Shown here one piece after another: positions 28,593-38,286 of a DNA stretch of 64,000 bases. A program made the position numbers and the translations under genes. Below the pieces are notes generated by a model that was not told the origin of the DNA, made no database searches, and worked only from the letters and a program-made list of their open reading frames with translations. The stretch is from Opitutales bacterium (GTDB lineage Bacteria > Verrucomicrobiota > Verrucomicrobiia > Opitutales > JABSRG01), in assembly GCA_049599475.1 (NCBI GenBank), contig JBMYOQ010000005.1, positions 32,001 through 96,000 of the forward strand, given 5' to 3'. How positions within the stretch are numbered: the stretch's first letter is position 1; every line of letters starts with the position of its first letter.

Positions 28593-29903
28593 CTAGTCTG
28601 GGATTACGATTTCTATTTTAATTGGTGAGGCTAACCTCATCGTGCTTTGGTGATCTTTGGAAGATTCGAAATATCCGCGCTTTAGGGTGACGGTGCGCTG
28701 CTGATTTTGATTGTCCATCATTTCGAGGCTGATTTCGGAGCCGTTGGGGCCAGCGAAGAGCTGTGCGATAAAATGGCGGCTGCGCCCCTTTGTATCGATA
28801 CCATTGATGCGGATGATCTTTTCCTTTTCGAATACCAGGCCACTTTGGCATGCGGGCGAAATGCTGGAAAAGGATTCGATGTAGGGTGTCCGGTCCCTAT
28901 CTACTTTAATGTTGATTCCGAGCCCGTGGTATTTTTCCAGGGCGCGTTGTTCTCTTCTTAGGGCTCCGCGTGATTCGAGATATGCGGCGATGTCGCTTTT
29001 TTTCTTTATGATTGCATAGTCCAGAGCGGTAAGTCCGCCAGCATCCAAGTGATTAATAGGGATGCCTAGATCGACCAAATACTCGATGATTTCAGTGTCT
29101 TCGTGGAGCATCACCGCGGCTTGGATAAGAGAAAATTCGGCTCCATCTACGATCCAGGGGCTTATGCCGCTTTGGATGAGTCGATTGAGGATCTTAGGGC
29201 GATTGAAACCCACAGCTATACGTAGGTATAATTCGGGCGCTTCGGATCCCAGGATTTTTTGGATAGTCGCCTGGTCGAGATATTCAGACGATTGCATTTC
29301 GCGCGTGATCGCAGAGTCCGGTTGCACGTTTGGATACGGTATAAGATGACGATGATCGGCGCCGAGATTAACGAGTGTCCTGTTTTTCTTCTCATATCTG
29401 AGTATTACGGGTGTGTCTTCGCTGATCTTTGTGAATCCCTCGCGCGCCTGATTGGAAAAGAAATAGGTCTCCTCCTTTGCATGAAAACCTTTTGTTTGGA
29501 ACTGAATCGCTAATTCGTTCCCTACGGCATTTTCGATTTTGAAATAGCCTTCTTTATCAACTGGGATCCCCGTCACTATTTTTATGTAATCCGGATACCC
29601 CTTACGTTTCAGAAAAGACTGAATCTTCTTTTTAGTCTCTTGATGTGTATACCATCGAGCGATAATCCGGAGTTTAGATGGATCATCAAGATGAGGGCTC
29701 TCAATTTTTCCATAAAAGGAGAATGTTTTATCCCAATGATTGTCTGAACCATTCCGCTCATTTGGAAGCGAATTAGCGAGTATCTGATCGCTCGCATTTT
29801 TGATCAAACTTGCACCGGCGGCATACGTGTCCGGGGGGCTTTGGGCAATCGCGGTTCCGGGAATGAGTATCGATAAGAAAAGAATCTTTAGTGAACAACG
29901 CAT
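28593..29903 (-). CDS. Exported protein with ankyrin repeats and C-terminal PDZ domain
   Basis: Signal-like MRCSLKILFLSILIPGTAIAQ (ATG 29903). Ankyrin INHLDAGGLTALDYA..AYLESRGA. CtpA-like PDZ GLGINI..SPA..G..IIRINGIDT..GPNGSEI..VTLKR. Confidence 0.75.
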   Translation of the reverse strand: MRCSLKILFLSILIPGTAIAQSPPDTYAAGASLIKNASDQILANSLPNERNGSDNHWDKTFSFYGKIESPHLDDPSKLRIIARWYTHQETKKKIQSFLKRKGYPDYIKIVTGIPVDKEGYFKIENAVGNELAIQFQTKGFHAKEETYFFSNQAREGFTKISEDTPVILRYEKKNRTLVNLGADHRHLIPYPNVQPDSAITREMQSSEYLDQATIQKILGSEAPELYLRIAVGFNRPKILNRLIQSGISPWIVDGAEFSLIQAAVMLHEDTEIIEYLVDLGIPINHLDAGGLTALDYAIIKKKSDIAAYLESRGALRREQRALEKYHGLGINIKVDRDRTPYIESFSSISPACQSGLVFEKEKIIRINGIDTKGRSRHFIAQLFAGPNGSEISLEMMDNQNQQRTVTLKRGYFESSKDHQSTMRLASPIKIEIVIPD

Positions 29904-29969
29904 CCGATAGGTCGAGTTTCCAGTGTGGAATGCATCCGGCAAGGATATTCATGCGCGACGACCTCCCTG

Positions 29970-30008
29970 CGGCGGCTACTCACCCTTCAGCATTTGTCGT
30001 AGCCGCCG
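29970..30008. repeat. Inverted GTAG-REP-like pair with 19-bp spacer
   Basis: CGGCGGCTAC-N19-GTAGCCGCCG. The same geometry occurs at 31913-31945. Confidence 0.5.
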
Positions 30009-30112
30009 GGCGAAATTCAAGCATAACTGAAATTATACGCGAGCATCTAAAAACTGGGCTTTTCGAAGTGGCGTTCATTTTTGAAGTTGGGCGAGGTGTC
30101 GGCACTGAGCTG

Positions 30113-30799
30113 CTACTCAAACTCTTTACGGAAGGCCGCGAATTCTGATCTGAGATCGGCAAGATCGGTCTTTAGGGCTTCTACAGTGGCTTCGAGTTCG
30201 GCGATTCTGTCCATCTTCGCACTAGCCTTATCTAGGCCGCTGTGGGGCACGGGCGCCGCTTGTTCTGACGTCTCGGGCGTTTCAGGGACGCCGGATAGTA
30301 AATGGGTGTAGCGTTCTTCCTTTTGGCCTGGGGCTTGGGGGAGTTTGCGCCACAGGGGGCGATCGGAATCCTCTGCGATGTCGGTAAGCGCTGTCTCGAT
30401 ATCTTCAATATTTGCAAAGGCGAATAGACGCTCGGTGCGCTGGCGAAGCTCGCCTAGAGTTTGGGGACCGCGCAGAAGTAATACGGCAAGCAAGGCTTTT
30501 CCGGAACGCTCGAGCCCGAGGGTGTAATCGACACGGTGGCTAAATTTCGGTACTCGTGAACCCGCTCCATCCGAGCGAGCGACTAGCTGTTTATGACGTA
30601 GGCCTTCTATAGCCTCTGCGAGTATGTCTTCATTGTAGTCGACTACCGGGTTGCGGTTTGTCTTCTGGTTGCAGGCCAGGAGTAGGCTGTTGAGCGTGAG
30701 CGGGTAAGTGTCTGGAGTGGTTGCCTCCTTTTCCATTAAGCAGCCCAATACACGGGCTTCTTCGGGGCTTAGAGTGGGGTATGTTTCCTCTTCGATCAT
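30113..30799 (-). CDS. yceH: YceH/DUF480 family protein
   Basis: [47 protein letters not shown]. Confidence 0.9.
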   Translation of the reverse strand: MIEEETYPTLSPEEARVLGCLMEKEATTPDTYPLTLNSLLLACNQKTNRNPVVDYNEDILAEAIEGLRHKQLVARSDGAGSRVPKFSHRVDYTLGLERSGKALLAVLLLRGPQTLGELRQRTERLFAFANIEDIETALTDIAEDSDRPLWRKLPQAPGQKEERYTHLLSGVPETPETSEQAAPVPHSGLDKASAKMDRIAELEATVEALKTDLADLRSEFAAFRKEFE

Positions 30800-30933
30800 G
30801 CTTCGACCATCATCGGATTAAACGAGCGAAAAGACAAGCGTGCGGATCGGGCAGGGAAGGGGGGCGCTGGAATGTGCCGGCCGGTGACCTTCTCGTTGCA
30901 CTCTTTATTCGGGTAGATATGCATACCTGATTT

Positions 30934-31878
30934 ATGTCGATGCCTGGTCCATCCAAGTCACCTCTCCCGCTCAGCTTCTATGTGCAGGTGCTATTGTGCG
31001 CGGTGTTGTGGGGGAGTGCTTTCCCGGTCATCAAAAACAGCTATACAGCGCTGAACATTGAAAGCTTTGGCGAGCAATTGGTCTTCGCGGGGAGTCGCTT
31101 CGTACTGGCTGGCTTGTTTTTGCTGCCTTTGTGCCGTGGTCGCTTCATCTCTAGTATTCAGGCAGCGCCCCGGCTCCCACTGGGTGCTATCCTGCTGGGA
31201 CAGACGTATTTCCAATATTTATTTTTCTACTATGGTTTGAGTGTGTCGAGCGGAGCCTTGGGTGCGCTTCTGGTTGGTTCTGGGAGTTTTTGGTGGATGT
31301 TGTTGGCACCGCTAATCCTCAAGACTCCGGCGCCGACACGACGCCACTGGCTCTTATTGGCAGGCTGCTGCGTGGGGATCGTATGTGCGGTTTACAATCC
31401 GGATAATGAAATTTCGAATACTGGTCCGGGGTCTGTCGCCTTTCTCTTGGCGACGTTTTCGGGGTCTGTTGCGGCGATCTTTATGAAACGCGTAGCGCCC
31501 ATTGCCGGCTCCTTGGCACCGACTTGTTTTTCTCTCGGGGGCGGTGGACTCCTTCTTTTGCTGAGCTCGTTTGCAAGCTGGTCTGCTTACCTGAGCCACT
31601 TCAACGTGATCACCTTTGGGGTCACGGTCTATCTCGCGATTGTTTCTGCGGCTGCGTTTGCCATTTGGAATCGTCTAATCCAGCGTTATAGCGTAAACAC
31701 GCTGTCGGGTTTCCGATTCCTGATTCCCCTGATGGGCTTGATCGAGTCAGTTCTATTTATCCATGGAGAGGCACTTAGACCAGGTATCCTGATTGGAGGG
31801 GGGATTATTCTCGGCTGCCTAATAGGAGTCGCCAAAATTAAAGAAGCTCCGACGGAAGGACGCCTGATTCGGCCATAG
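30934..31878 (+). CDS. DMT/EamA-family transporter
   Basis: LWGSAFP, QYLFFYYGL, ~10 TM segments in two repeats. Confidence 0.9.
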   Translation: MSMPGPSKSPLPLSFYVQVLLCAVLWGSAFPVIKNSYTALNIESFGEQLVFAGSRFVLAGLFLLPLCRGRFISSIQAAPRLPLGAILLGQTYFQYLFFYYGLSVSSGALGALLVGSGSFWWMLLAPLILKTPAPTRRHWLLLAGCCVGIVCAVYNPDNEISNTGPGSVAFLLATFSGSVAAIFMKRVAPIAGSLAPTCFSLGGGGLLLLLSSFASWSAYLSHFNVITFGVTVYLAIVSAAAFAIWNRLIQRYSVNTLSGFRFLIPLMGLIESVLFIHGEALRPGILIGGGIILGCLIGVAKIKEAPTEGRLIRP

Positions 31879-31912
31879 GAATGTTGGTTTGCTGGAGATC
31901 ACTTCTCTGTCG

Positions 31913-31945
31913 CGGCTACTTGGTCTTTTCTTGTCCCGGTAGCCG
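31913..31945. repeat. Inverted GTAG-REP-like pair with 19-bp spacer
   Basis: CGGCTAC-N19-GTAGCCG. Confidence 0.4.
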
Positions 31946-31967
31946 TTAGAGCTCATGTCCTTTTTTA

Positions 31968-32741
31968 ATGCAGCAAACTCTTGAAGTCCGACCGTGTCCG
32001 AAATCGCGTCATGTATTTACACCGCAGGGTGACATTTTGGCGGTGCCGGATGGTTGGGCACTTCTCGAACCTGGAGACGCCGCTCTAACGCGACGGGTGA
32101 AGGCCGACGGCCCTCATTGGGAGGTGAAACAGAAAAAGGGCCGAAAAGTGTTTTCGCGTGGAGTCTGGGCTCCCGCTGAGCGGATTGAAGCCCTCGCATC
32201 GGCTCTTAAAATCGAGCGTAAAGATCCCGCATATGCGCGTAAGCTCGAATCAGCCCGGGCGCGAAGAGCTGAACAAGAGACGGCATACGCTGAAGACTTT
32301 ACGCAGGCTTTACGTGATTATCTGAACTTCCATTCGGACTACGAGGCCCTCGCGGCAGAGTTGGCGGGTCGTATAAGCGCGCACGCTTCACCTGTCGGCA
32401 GTCGCACGGTGGCCCGCACGAAACGCATTACCATTGAACAGCGTGCCGAGGCGGCGACGATAGCTTGGCTGCGCCATCAAACGACGGCTTATGACAATAT
32501 GCATATTCCCCGGGAAAAGGGTGCGCGCCGAGAGATCAGGCGGATCTTGGCCAAAGAATCCAAGCGGCTTCTGCAGCATTACCGAGAAGGCAAACCAATC
32601 GACATAGCAAGGTGCCCTCTTCAAAAGGCGATTCGCGTAGAACTAATTGCGGTTTGCGTATGTGGTAGCCAGAGCAGGTGTGCGACACCCTATTGTCATG
32701 CCCCTAGGCGGCTTGCTAATCCGATCGCCTCAACAGAGTGA
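31968..32741 (+). CDS. DUF2293 domain protein
   Basis: PGDAALTRRVK, FSRGVWAP, SPVGSRTVART, AWLRHQTTAYD. Confidence 0.8.
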   Translation: MQQTLEVRPCPKSRHVFTPQGDILAVPDGWALLEPGDAALTRRVKADGPHWEVKQKKGRKVFSRGVWAPAERIEALASALKIERKDPAYARKLESARARRAEQETAYAEDFTQALRDYLNFHSDYEALAAELAGRISAHASPVGSRTVARTKRITIEQRAEAATIAWLRHQTTAYDNMHIPREKGARREIRRILAKESKRLLQHYREGKPIDIARCPLQKAIRVELIAVCVCGSQSRCATPYCHAPRRLANPIASTE

Positions 32742-32895
32742 GTCGACTTCAGAACTAACAAAGAGGTCACTAAGATTTACCTTATCGTTTTCAATGGCGC
32801 ACTCGAAGAGACACATACATGCGTTCCTATAAATAAAGATACAGTATATTTATACTTGACAAAAATTGCTTAAGCCCGGCTTTTAGTTTCAAGGA

Positions 32896-33906
32896 ATGGG
32901 CTACCACCGAAGAACTAGAATACTAGAGAGGCATCTGCTTAAAAACCAGAGCTGTGTTTACCATGTGGTGAACAGGGTGGCATTGGGGAGTATGTTATTG
33001 GATGATAGGGCGAAGGGTGTGTTTGTGCAAATGATGCGTAGGCAGGCTGGTTTTGCTGGGGTGGAGGTGATGGCCTTTTGCGTGATGACGAATCATTTTC
33101 ATCTGTTGGTGCGGGTGCCTGAGCCTTGTGAAATCTCTGATGAGGAGCTTTTGAGGCGGTATCGCATTCTTTATGGGAAGCATTGTCCGCAGTCTATGCC
33201 GCAACCTGATTATCTTGAGCAGATGTTGGCTGAGGGAGATGAAGATGCCGAGGAGTGGCGAAAGCGTATTGTTGCTCGGATGCATGATCTGAGTGCCTTT
33301 GTGGGCGAACTGAAGCATCGCTTCTCTATTTGGTTTAATGACCATCGTCATAATAAGGGGACTGTGTGGTCTGAGCGTTTTAGGAGCATTATTGTTGAGG
33401 ATTTACCTGAATATACCGCTCCCGTTGCTGCTTACATTGATTTGAACCCTGTGCGTGCTCAATTGGTGGATGATCCCGGTGAATATGTTTATAGTAGCTA
33501 TGGCTCTGCTATGAAGGGGGTGCGCTCGGCTCAGTTTGGCTTACGGTCTTTATATTCCGGAAAACGCACCTGGAAGGTGGCTCTGGAGTCTTATCGTGTT
33601 CTGTTGTTCGGAAAGGGATACGAATCGAAAGGAACGCCTCACGAGGATACAGGCATGATCGATCCCGAGCGTGCGTATCAAGTCATCAAGGATGGCGGTC
33701 GCTTGTCTTGGGCAGAATATCTGCGTATGCGCGTCGGGTATTTTACGCGTGGAGGCGCGCTAGGGTCTTCAGAATTTATTAAAGGGTTCCATCGAGGAGG
33801 CCTACCACCAAAGTCCGATTCACCTTCCGGCCAAGGGCACCGCGCAAAAGGAGTTAGTGACCAGTTCTATACTTTCCGGAACATTCAGAAAAACGTCTTT
33901 GGCTGA
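32896..33906 (+). mobile_element. REP-associated tyrosine transposase (RAYT; HUH/Y1, IS200/IS605 TnpA superfamily)
   Basis: YHVVNRV, HUH motif FCVMTNHFHLLV, GTVWSERFRS, catalytic YIDLNPVRA..YSSY, and a verrucomicrobial-type C-terminal LRMRVGYFT..LGSSEF. No tnpB. GTAA-led imperfect hairpin just downstream (33933-33961). Confidence 0.85.
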
Positions 33907-34012
33907 GTTTCGCCTGCTTGGTCCAAATACACCGGATCGCTCGGGTGAGACCTCCGCTTACAGAAAAACCCAAACGCTTCTTTGCATTTGGGCCTGTGGT
34001 TCTCGTTTCCGA

Positions 34013-34091
<79 letters not shown>

Positions 34092-34228
34092 CGGTGGAAA
34101 GGAAGGAAAGAGCCAAAAGATTGGGTGCTTAGCAAGCGTTTTTTAGAAAAAATCTCGTGAGGTAGGTTTCTGGAAATTGCGTCTTGTCGTTGGGGGATGC
34201 GGTCGTCGTAAGATAGGGCTTTTGATTC

Positions 34229-34885
34229 ATGTCCCTCCGAAAAGCATATAGAGGCGCTCGTTTTGTGGCTGCAGAGCCGGGTGCTTACCTGAAGCCCTGG
34301 AATCGACCGGTGCAGTGGGAGCCCAATGGTGAAGGGCTGTTTGGTGCTTCGAAGGGCATATTGAGCTGGTTCCAGAATGTGGACGGTTCGATCGCAGAGG
34401 TGATTGCTTATCTGGATTGGTTGAATCACCGGAACCCCTACCGACCTTACTGGATGCGTCGGCTCTGTCTGCCGAATGGCTTGATTCTGGGGCTTATTGA
34501 CCGGCTGCTGACGCAGCAGGAGCAGCTACCTGATATGAGTTTTGATGTTCCAGAGGAGCTGGCTTGGACCTATTTGGAGCAGCAAGCGGTTCATCTTGAT
34601 GGCCTAGAGAAAGTTTTTGGGAAGACGAGTATCGGTATGCCTTTGATGCGGGTGTATCGTCTCCACAGCACGGTTTTTAAATTGCGGGAACGCTTCTATG
34701 CCGAGGTGTCTGAGGCTGGGGGACAGCTCTTTGGTTACGGAAATCAGATAACGATGAATGTTGGGCTCGAAATTTTAGGACTGTCTCATTTTGCCCCTGC
34801 CAGCCTTTTGAGGAAATTATATGCGCGCCAGCGTGATATTGAGGCGAAAATACGGTCTGCTTTTGAAGAGAGGTCGAGAGCGTGA
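34229..34885 (+). CDS. Hypothetical protein, first gene of a glycosyltransferase operon
   Basis: 218 aa; its stop overlaps the next start (GTGA). Confidence 0.7.
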   Translation: MSLRKAYRGARFVAAEPGAYLKPWNRPVQWEPNGEGLFGASKGILSWFQNVDGSIAEVIAYLDWLNHRNPYRPYWMRRLCLPNGLILGLIDRLLTQQEQLPDMSFDVPEELAWTYLEQQAVHLDGLEKVFGKTSIGMPLMRVYRLHSTVFKLRERFYAEVSEAGGQLFGYGNQITMNVGLEILGLSHFAPASLLRKLYARQRDIEAKIRSAFEERSRA

Positions 34886-35925
34886 GGGTTGCTGTCGTAA
34901 ATACGCATGTGCCTTTTACCATGGGAGGTGCGGAAGCTCATGCAGACAACCTTGTGAAGGCGCTGGAAGACTGTGGCCATGAGGTAGAGCTGGTAAAGAT
35001 CCCCTTCAACTGGCAATCGCCTTGGAGCGTAATGGACCATCTGCTGGCGACCCGTATGTTTGATTTGGAACGTGTGAACGGGAAGGTGATCGACCGGGTG
35101 ATTGGCTTACGATTTCCCGCATATCATGTGCGCCATCCGAACAAAGTCCTATGGATTATTCATCAATATCGCTCGGCCTTCGATTTTTGGGAGGATCCGA
35201 AAGCAGATTTGGCGCAGCAAGAAGGGGGGCGCGCAGTCCGCGATGCGATTCGCTCTTCGGAACGAAAGCTCTTAGCCGAAGCTAAAGCAATCTATGCCAA
35301 CTCGGATAACGTTCGCAAGCGCCTGCATGATTTTTGCCTGCGGGAGGCGGAGACTTTATACCATCCTCCCGCGCTAGCGGATGTGCTGAAGCCTGGGGAA
35401 GATTCGGGATATTTCTTGTGCCCTGGGCGTTTGGATTCGATGAAGCGTCAGGATTTTGTATTACAGGCTCTCGCGAAATGTAAGCAGTCTATTTCCCTGA
35501 AGTTTGTAGGGTCAACAGGATCTGAGAAATACGCTAAGGATCTGATACAATCGGCGAGACGCCTCAAGGTGGCGGATTGCATTGAATGGTGTGGCTATGT
35601 ATCCAAAGAGGAATTGTCCGAGCTCTATGCGCATGCGCGTGCGATTGTATATGCTCCCCAGGACGAAGATTATGGATACGTTGCCCTAGAGTCGCAGATC
35701 GCAGCGAAGCCCGTGTTGACGACCGATGATTCGGGCGGTGTGCTGGAATTTGTGAATGATTCCAATGGGTGGGTCGCTTCCTTTAATCCGGAGCAGTTTG
35801 CAGAGAATTTGGATGAGGCTTGGTCAGATCCTGACAAATGCAAGCGTTTGGGAGAGGCGGGTAATGCTGCCTACCGCTCCCATGACATGACCTGGGCTGC
35901 CGTGGTGGATAGGCTGGTGTCGTGA
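34882..35925 (+). CDS. GT4 glycosyltransferase
   Basis: GGAE, GRLDSMKR, EDYGYVALES. Confidence 0.9.
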   Translation: MRVAVVNTHVPFTMGGAEAHADNLVKALEDCGHEVELVKIPFNWQSPWSVMDHLLATRMFDLERVNGKVIDRVIGLRFPAYHVRHPNKVLWIIHQYRSAFDFWEDPKADLAQQEGGRAVRDAIRSSERKLLAEAKAIYANSDNVRKRLHDFCLREAETLYHPPALADVLKPGEDSGYFLCPGRLDSMKRQDFVLQALAKCKQSISLKFVGSTGSEKYAKDLIQSARRLKVADCIEWCGYVSKEELSELYAHARAIVYAPQDEDYGYVALESQIAAKPVLTTDDSGGVLEFVNDSNGWVASFNPEQFAENLDEAWSDPDKCKRLGEAGNAAYRSHDMTWAAVVDRLVS

Positions 35926-37244
35926 TGAAGATTCATTGGTTTACGCCTTTGCCTCCAGAACGGACCGATGTGGGAAACTTTTCGGAACGCGTTTGCCGAG
36001 TGCTTCAAGCGCGTTGTGATCTTACGGTCTGGTCGCACTCCCAGCATGCGGGCCGTTTTTCTAAGCCGCGGAATAGTGGATCTTACCAGGTGTTACCTTA
36101 CTCGGCCGTCGACGCGCATCGAGAATCTCTTAATCGTGCTGACGCGATTTTTTATAATCTAGGTAACAACGCGGCCTTTCATCGGGAAATCATTCGGATT
36201 ATGCGGCAATACCCGGGGGTCGCAATCTTGCACGACCTCTCTTTGTTTGAGTGCGTGTCTAGTGTCTACCGTGAGCGCCTAGGAGGGGACCAAATGTTCC
36301 TGGATTTGGTTAGGTTCGAATATGGTGAAGAGCTTGCTAAGAAGATTGGAGATTGGCTCCTAGCAGATGACGAAGCGCGTAAAATGGTCGACGTGGCGAG
36401 CATGTGCCCCTTTGCGAAGCATGCAACCTTGGGTGCGTGGGGGATTATTTCACACACGGAAATTGCCACAGGCTCGGAGCTTGGAAGCGACACGCGTCCG
36501 CGGTGGACTCTGCCGCTTCCATTTCCCTCTGAAGACGTGAGCTTGCTCGGGATCGCCGGCGGTGAGCGATTAGATATGTGTGTCTTTGGCTATATCGGAG
36601 GTCCGAACCGGAGGCTTGATGAGATTTTGCAGGCTATGGCGTCGTTTTCGAAAAGCGAAGCACTCTTTTTGCATATCGCGGGGGCCGTGAATCCGTCCCT
36701 AGAGATCGTGCAGAAAGTTAAAGAATTGGGCTTGGAGAATCAGGTGAAGATTCATGGGTTTTTGAGTGATGAGAAGCTGGATACATTACTGGCTCAGGTA
36801 GGACTTGTGCTGAATTTGCGTTTTCCTACACGCGGTGAGGCCTCGGGCTCATTGCTTCGGGCTTGGAGTCAGGGCGCAGCGGTGGTTGTAACGGATACGG
36901 GGTTTTATGGGAAGATCCCGGACGAAGTCGTATGGAAGGTGAGTCCGAGGAGGGAGCAGGAGGACTTGTTTGCCTTGTGGGAATTACTATTGGGCGATCG
37001 TTCGCTGATAGATTCAAAGCGTCGGAACGGTATTGAATATTTAAAGACACAGCATTCGGTTGAGCCCTATGTTGAGCGGATTTTAGAAATAGCCCAGACT
37101 CCTAGTGACTTACGTGCCCCGTCGATATTACCTATGCTTTATCAGCGTTTTGGATTGGTCGCGGCGAGTACATTTGTCCTTCCTGAAGATGTCGATACTG
37201 TTTGGATTGAGCGTCTGGATGCTGAAATGAGCTCGTGGTTTTGA
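35922..37244 (+). CDS. GT4-like glycosyltransferase
   Basis: WFTPLPPERT, YNLGNN..FH, LHD, NLRFPTRGEASG. Confidence 0.85.
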   Translation: MMKIHWFTPLPPERTDVGNFSERVCRVLQARCDLTVWSHSQHAGRFSKPRNSGSYQVLPYSAVDAHRESLNRADAIFYNLGNNAAFHREIIRIMRQYPGVAILHDLSLFECVSSVYRERLGGDQMFLDLVRFEYGEELAKKIGDWLLADDEARKMVDVASMCPFAKHATLGAWGIISHTEIATGSELGSDTRPRWTLPLPFPSEDVSLLGIAGGERLDMCVFGYIGGPNRRLDEILQAMASFSKSEALFLHIAGAVNPSLEIVQKVKELGLENQVKIHGFLSDEKLDTLLAQVGLVLNLRFPTRGEASGSLLRAWSQGAAVVVTDTGFYGKIPDEVVWKVSPRREQEDLFALWELLLGDRSLIDSKRRNGIEYLKTQHSVEPYVERILEIAQTPSDLRAPSILPMLYQRFGLVAASTFVLPEDVDTVWIERLDAEMSSWF

Positions 37245-37270
37245 GGCTCTGTTTGGGCGACGATTTCCGT

Positions 37271-38176
37271 TCAATCTGGTTTCTTAATAAAAGCCGTCGA
37301 TCGATCTTCGATCGATTTCCAGAAAGGGAGGGCGAGCTTTAGGCAGAGTGTGCCGCGAAGTTTAGCCCAAAAAGGCTTGGATACTCTGGACTGGATCCAG
37401 GTGTATCGAGCTTGATCGATTACGGACCATTCATGGAGCGGGTAGCGCCATTTTTCCCAGAGTTTGCGGTAATTGTTTTCGTCTTCAATGGATCCAACGC
37501 GTGAGGCGCTGACTGCATGCTGGATGATGCTTTGGTTCGCGACAACGGCGACGCGGCCTTTCTCAAGTGCCTGAAGGCAAAAGTCGACATCCTCCATGCC
37601 ATTGACGTAGCGCTCATCGAAGCCACCCAGGGATCTGAAAAACTCTGCTTCGACGAGCCAGCAGGCGGCAGTCGCGGCAGCCCATGGGGTATATTTCTCT
37701 TTTGGAAGGGTCTCCGCATTCTGAAAGGCATGCGCAGGTGTGGTGTATATGCTTAAATAGACTCCGGCATGATCGATCTGGCCATCGTCCATGCGTTTTT
37801 GAATGTTGCCAACGACGCTCACTTGGCGTTTGTGGTCCATCCAGCGGTGTTTACGCCTGATGGCTTTATGCATTGGTTTGAGCCAGCCTGGAGTCAGGAT
37901 TATATCATTATTGAGGAGAAGCAGTAATTTCCCTTCGGCTTTGCTCGCGGCGTAGTTGTTGGAGCGTGCGAAGCCCATGTTTTCCTTGTTGAGGAAGATT
38001 TTGGTCTTTGGGCGATCCCGAAGTGTCTCCAGGAACTCGCGGGTGCCGTCGGTGCTACAGTCGTCTATGAGGATGAGTTCGTAATCCTCGCCTGCCATCG
38101 TCTCCTCGAGGGATTTGAGGTAGGCCTTGGTGTATTCCAAGCCATTATAAAGCGCCGTGACGACCGAGTATTCCAT
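37271..38176 (-). CDS. GT2 glycosyltransferase
   Basis: LIDDCSTDGT, NMGFARSNN, LLNND, GGFDE..EDVD. Confidence 0.92.
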   Translation of the reverse strand: MEYSVVTALYNGLEYTKAYLKSLEETMAGEDYELILIDDCSTDGTREFLETLRDRPKTKIFLNKENMGFARSNNYAASKAEGKLLLLLNNDIILTPGWLKPMHKAIRRKHRWMDHKRQVSVVGNIQKRMDDGQIDHAGVYLSIYTTPAHAFQNAETLPKEKYTPWAAATAACWLVEAEFFRSLGGFDERYVNGMEDVDFCLQALEKGRVAVVANQSIIQHAVSASRVGSIEDENNYRKLWEKWRYPLHEWSVIDQARYTWIQSRVSKPFWAKLRGTLCLKLALPFWKSIEDRSTAFIKKPD

Positions 38177-38286
38177 GTGCCCATCAGAGCATGCCTAAGG
38201 GCGCACCATGTCAAGCTAGGTGAAGTGGGCAGCAGTGGCGCGGAACCGGTGGAGCATCGCTTGCTGCAGGAGCTCTCGAGTAAGAC

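Noticed and set aside
32630..32741. Cys-rich tail of the DUF2293 protein as a metal-binding domain
   Set aside because: It looks like read-through into intergenic or repeat-like DNA after CPLQKAI, with no recognisable motif spacing.
32896..33906. IS200/IS605 element with TnpB or an RNA-guided nuclease
   Set aside because: No tnpB/iscB ORF is adjacent. The length and C-terminal extension fit a stand-alone RAYT.
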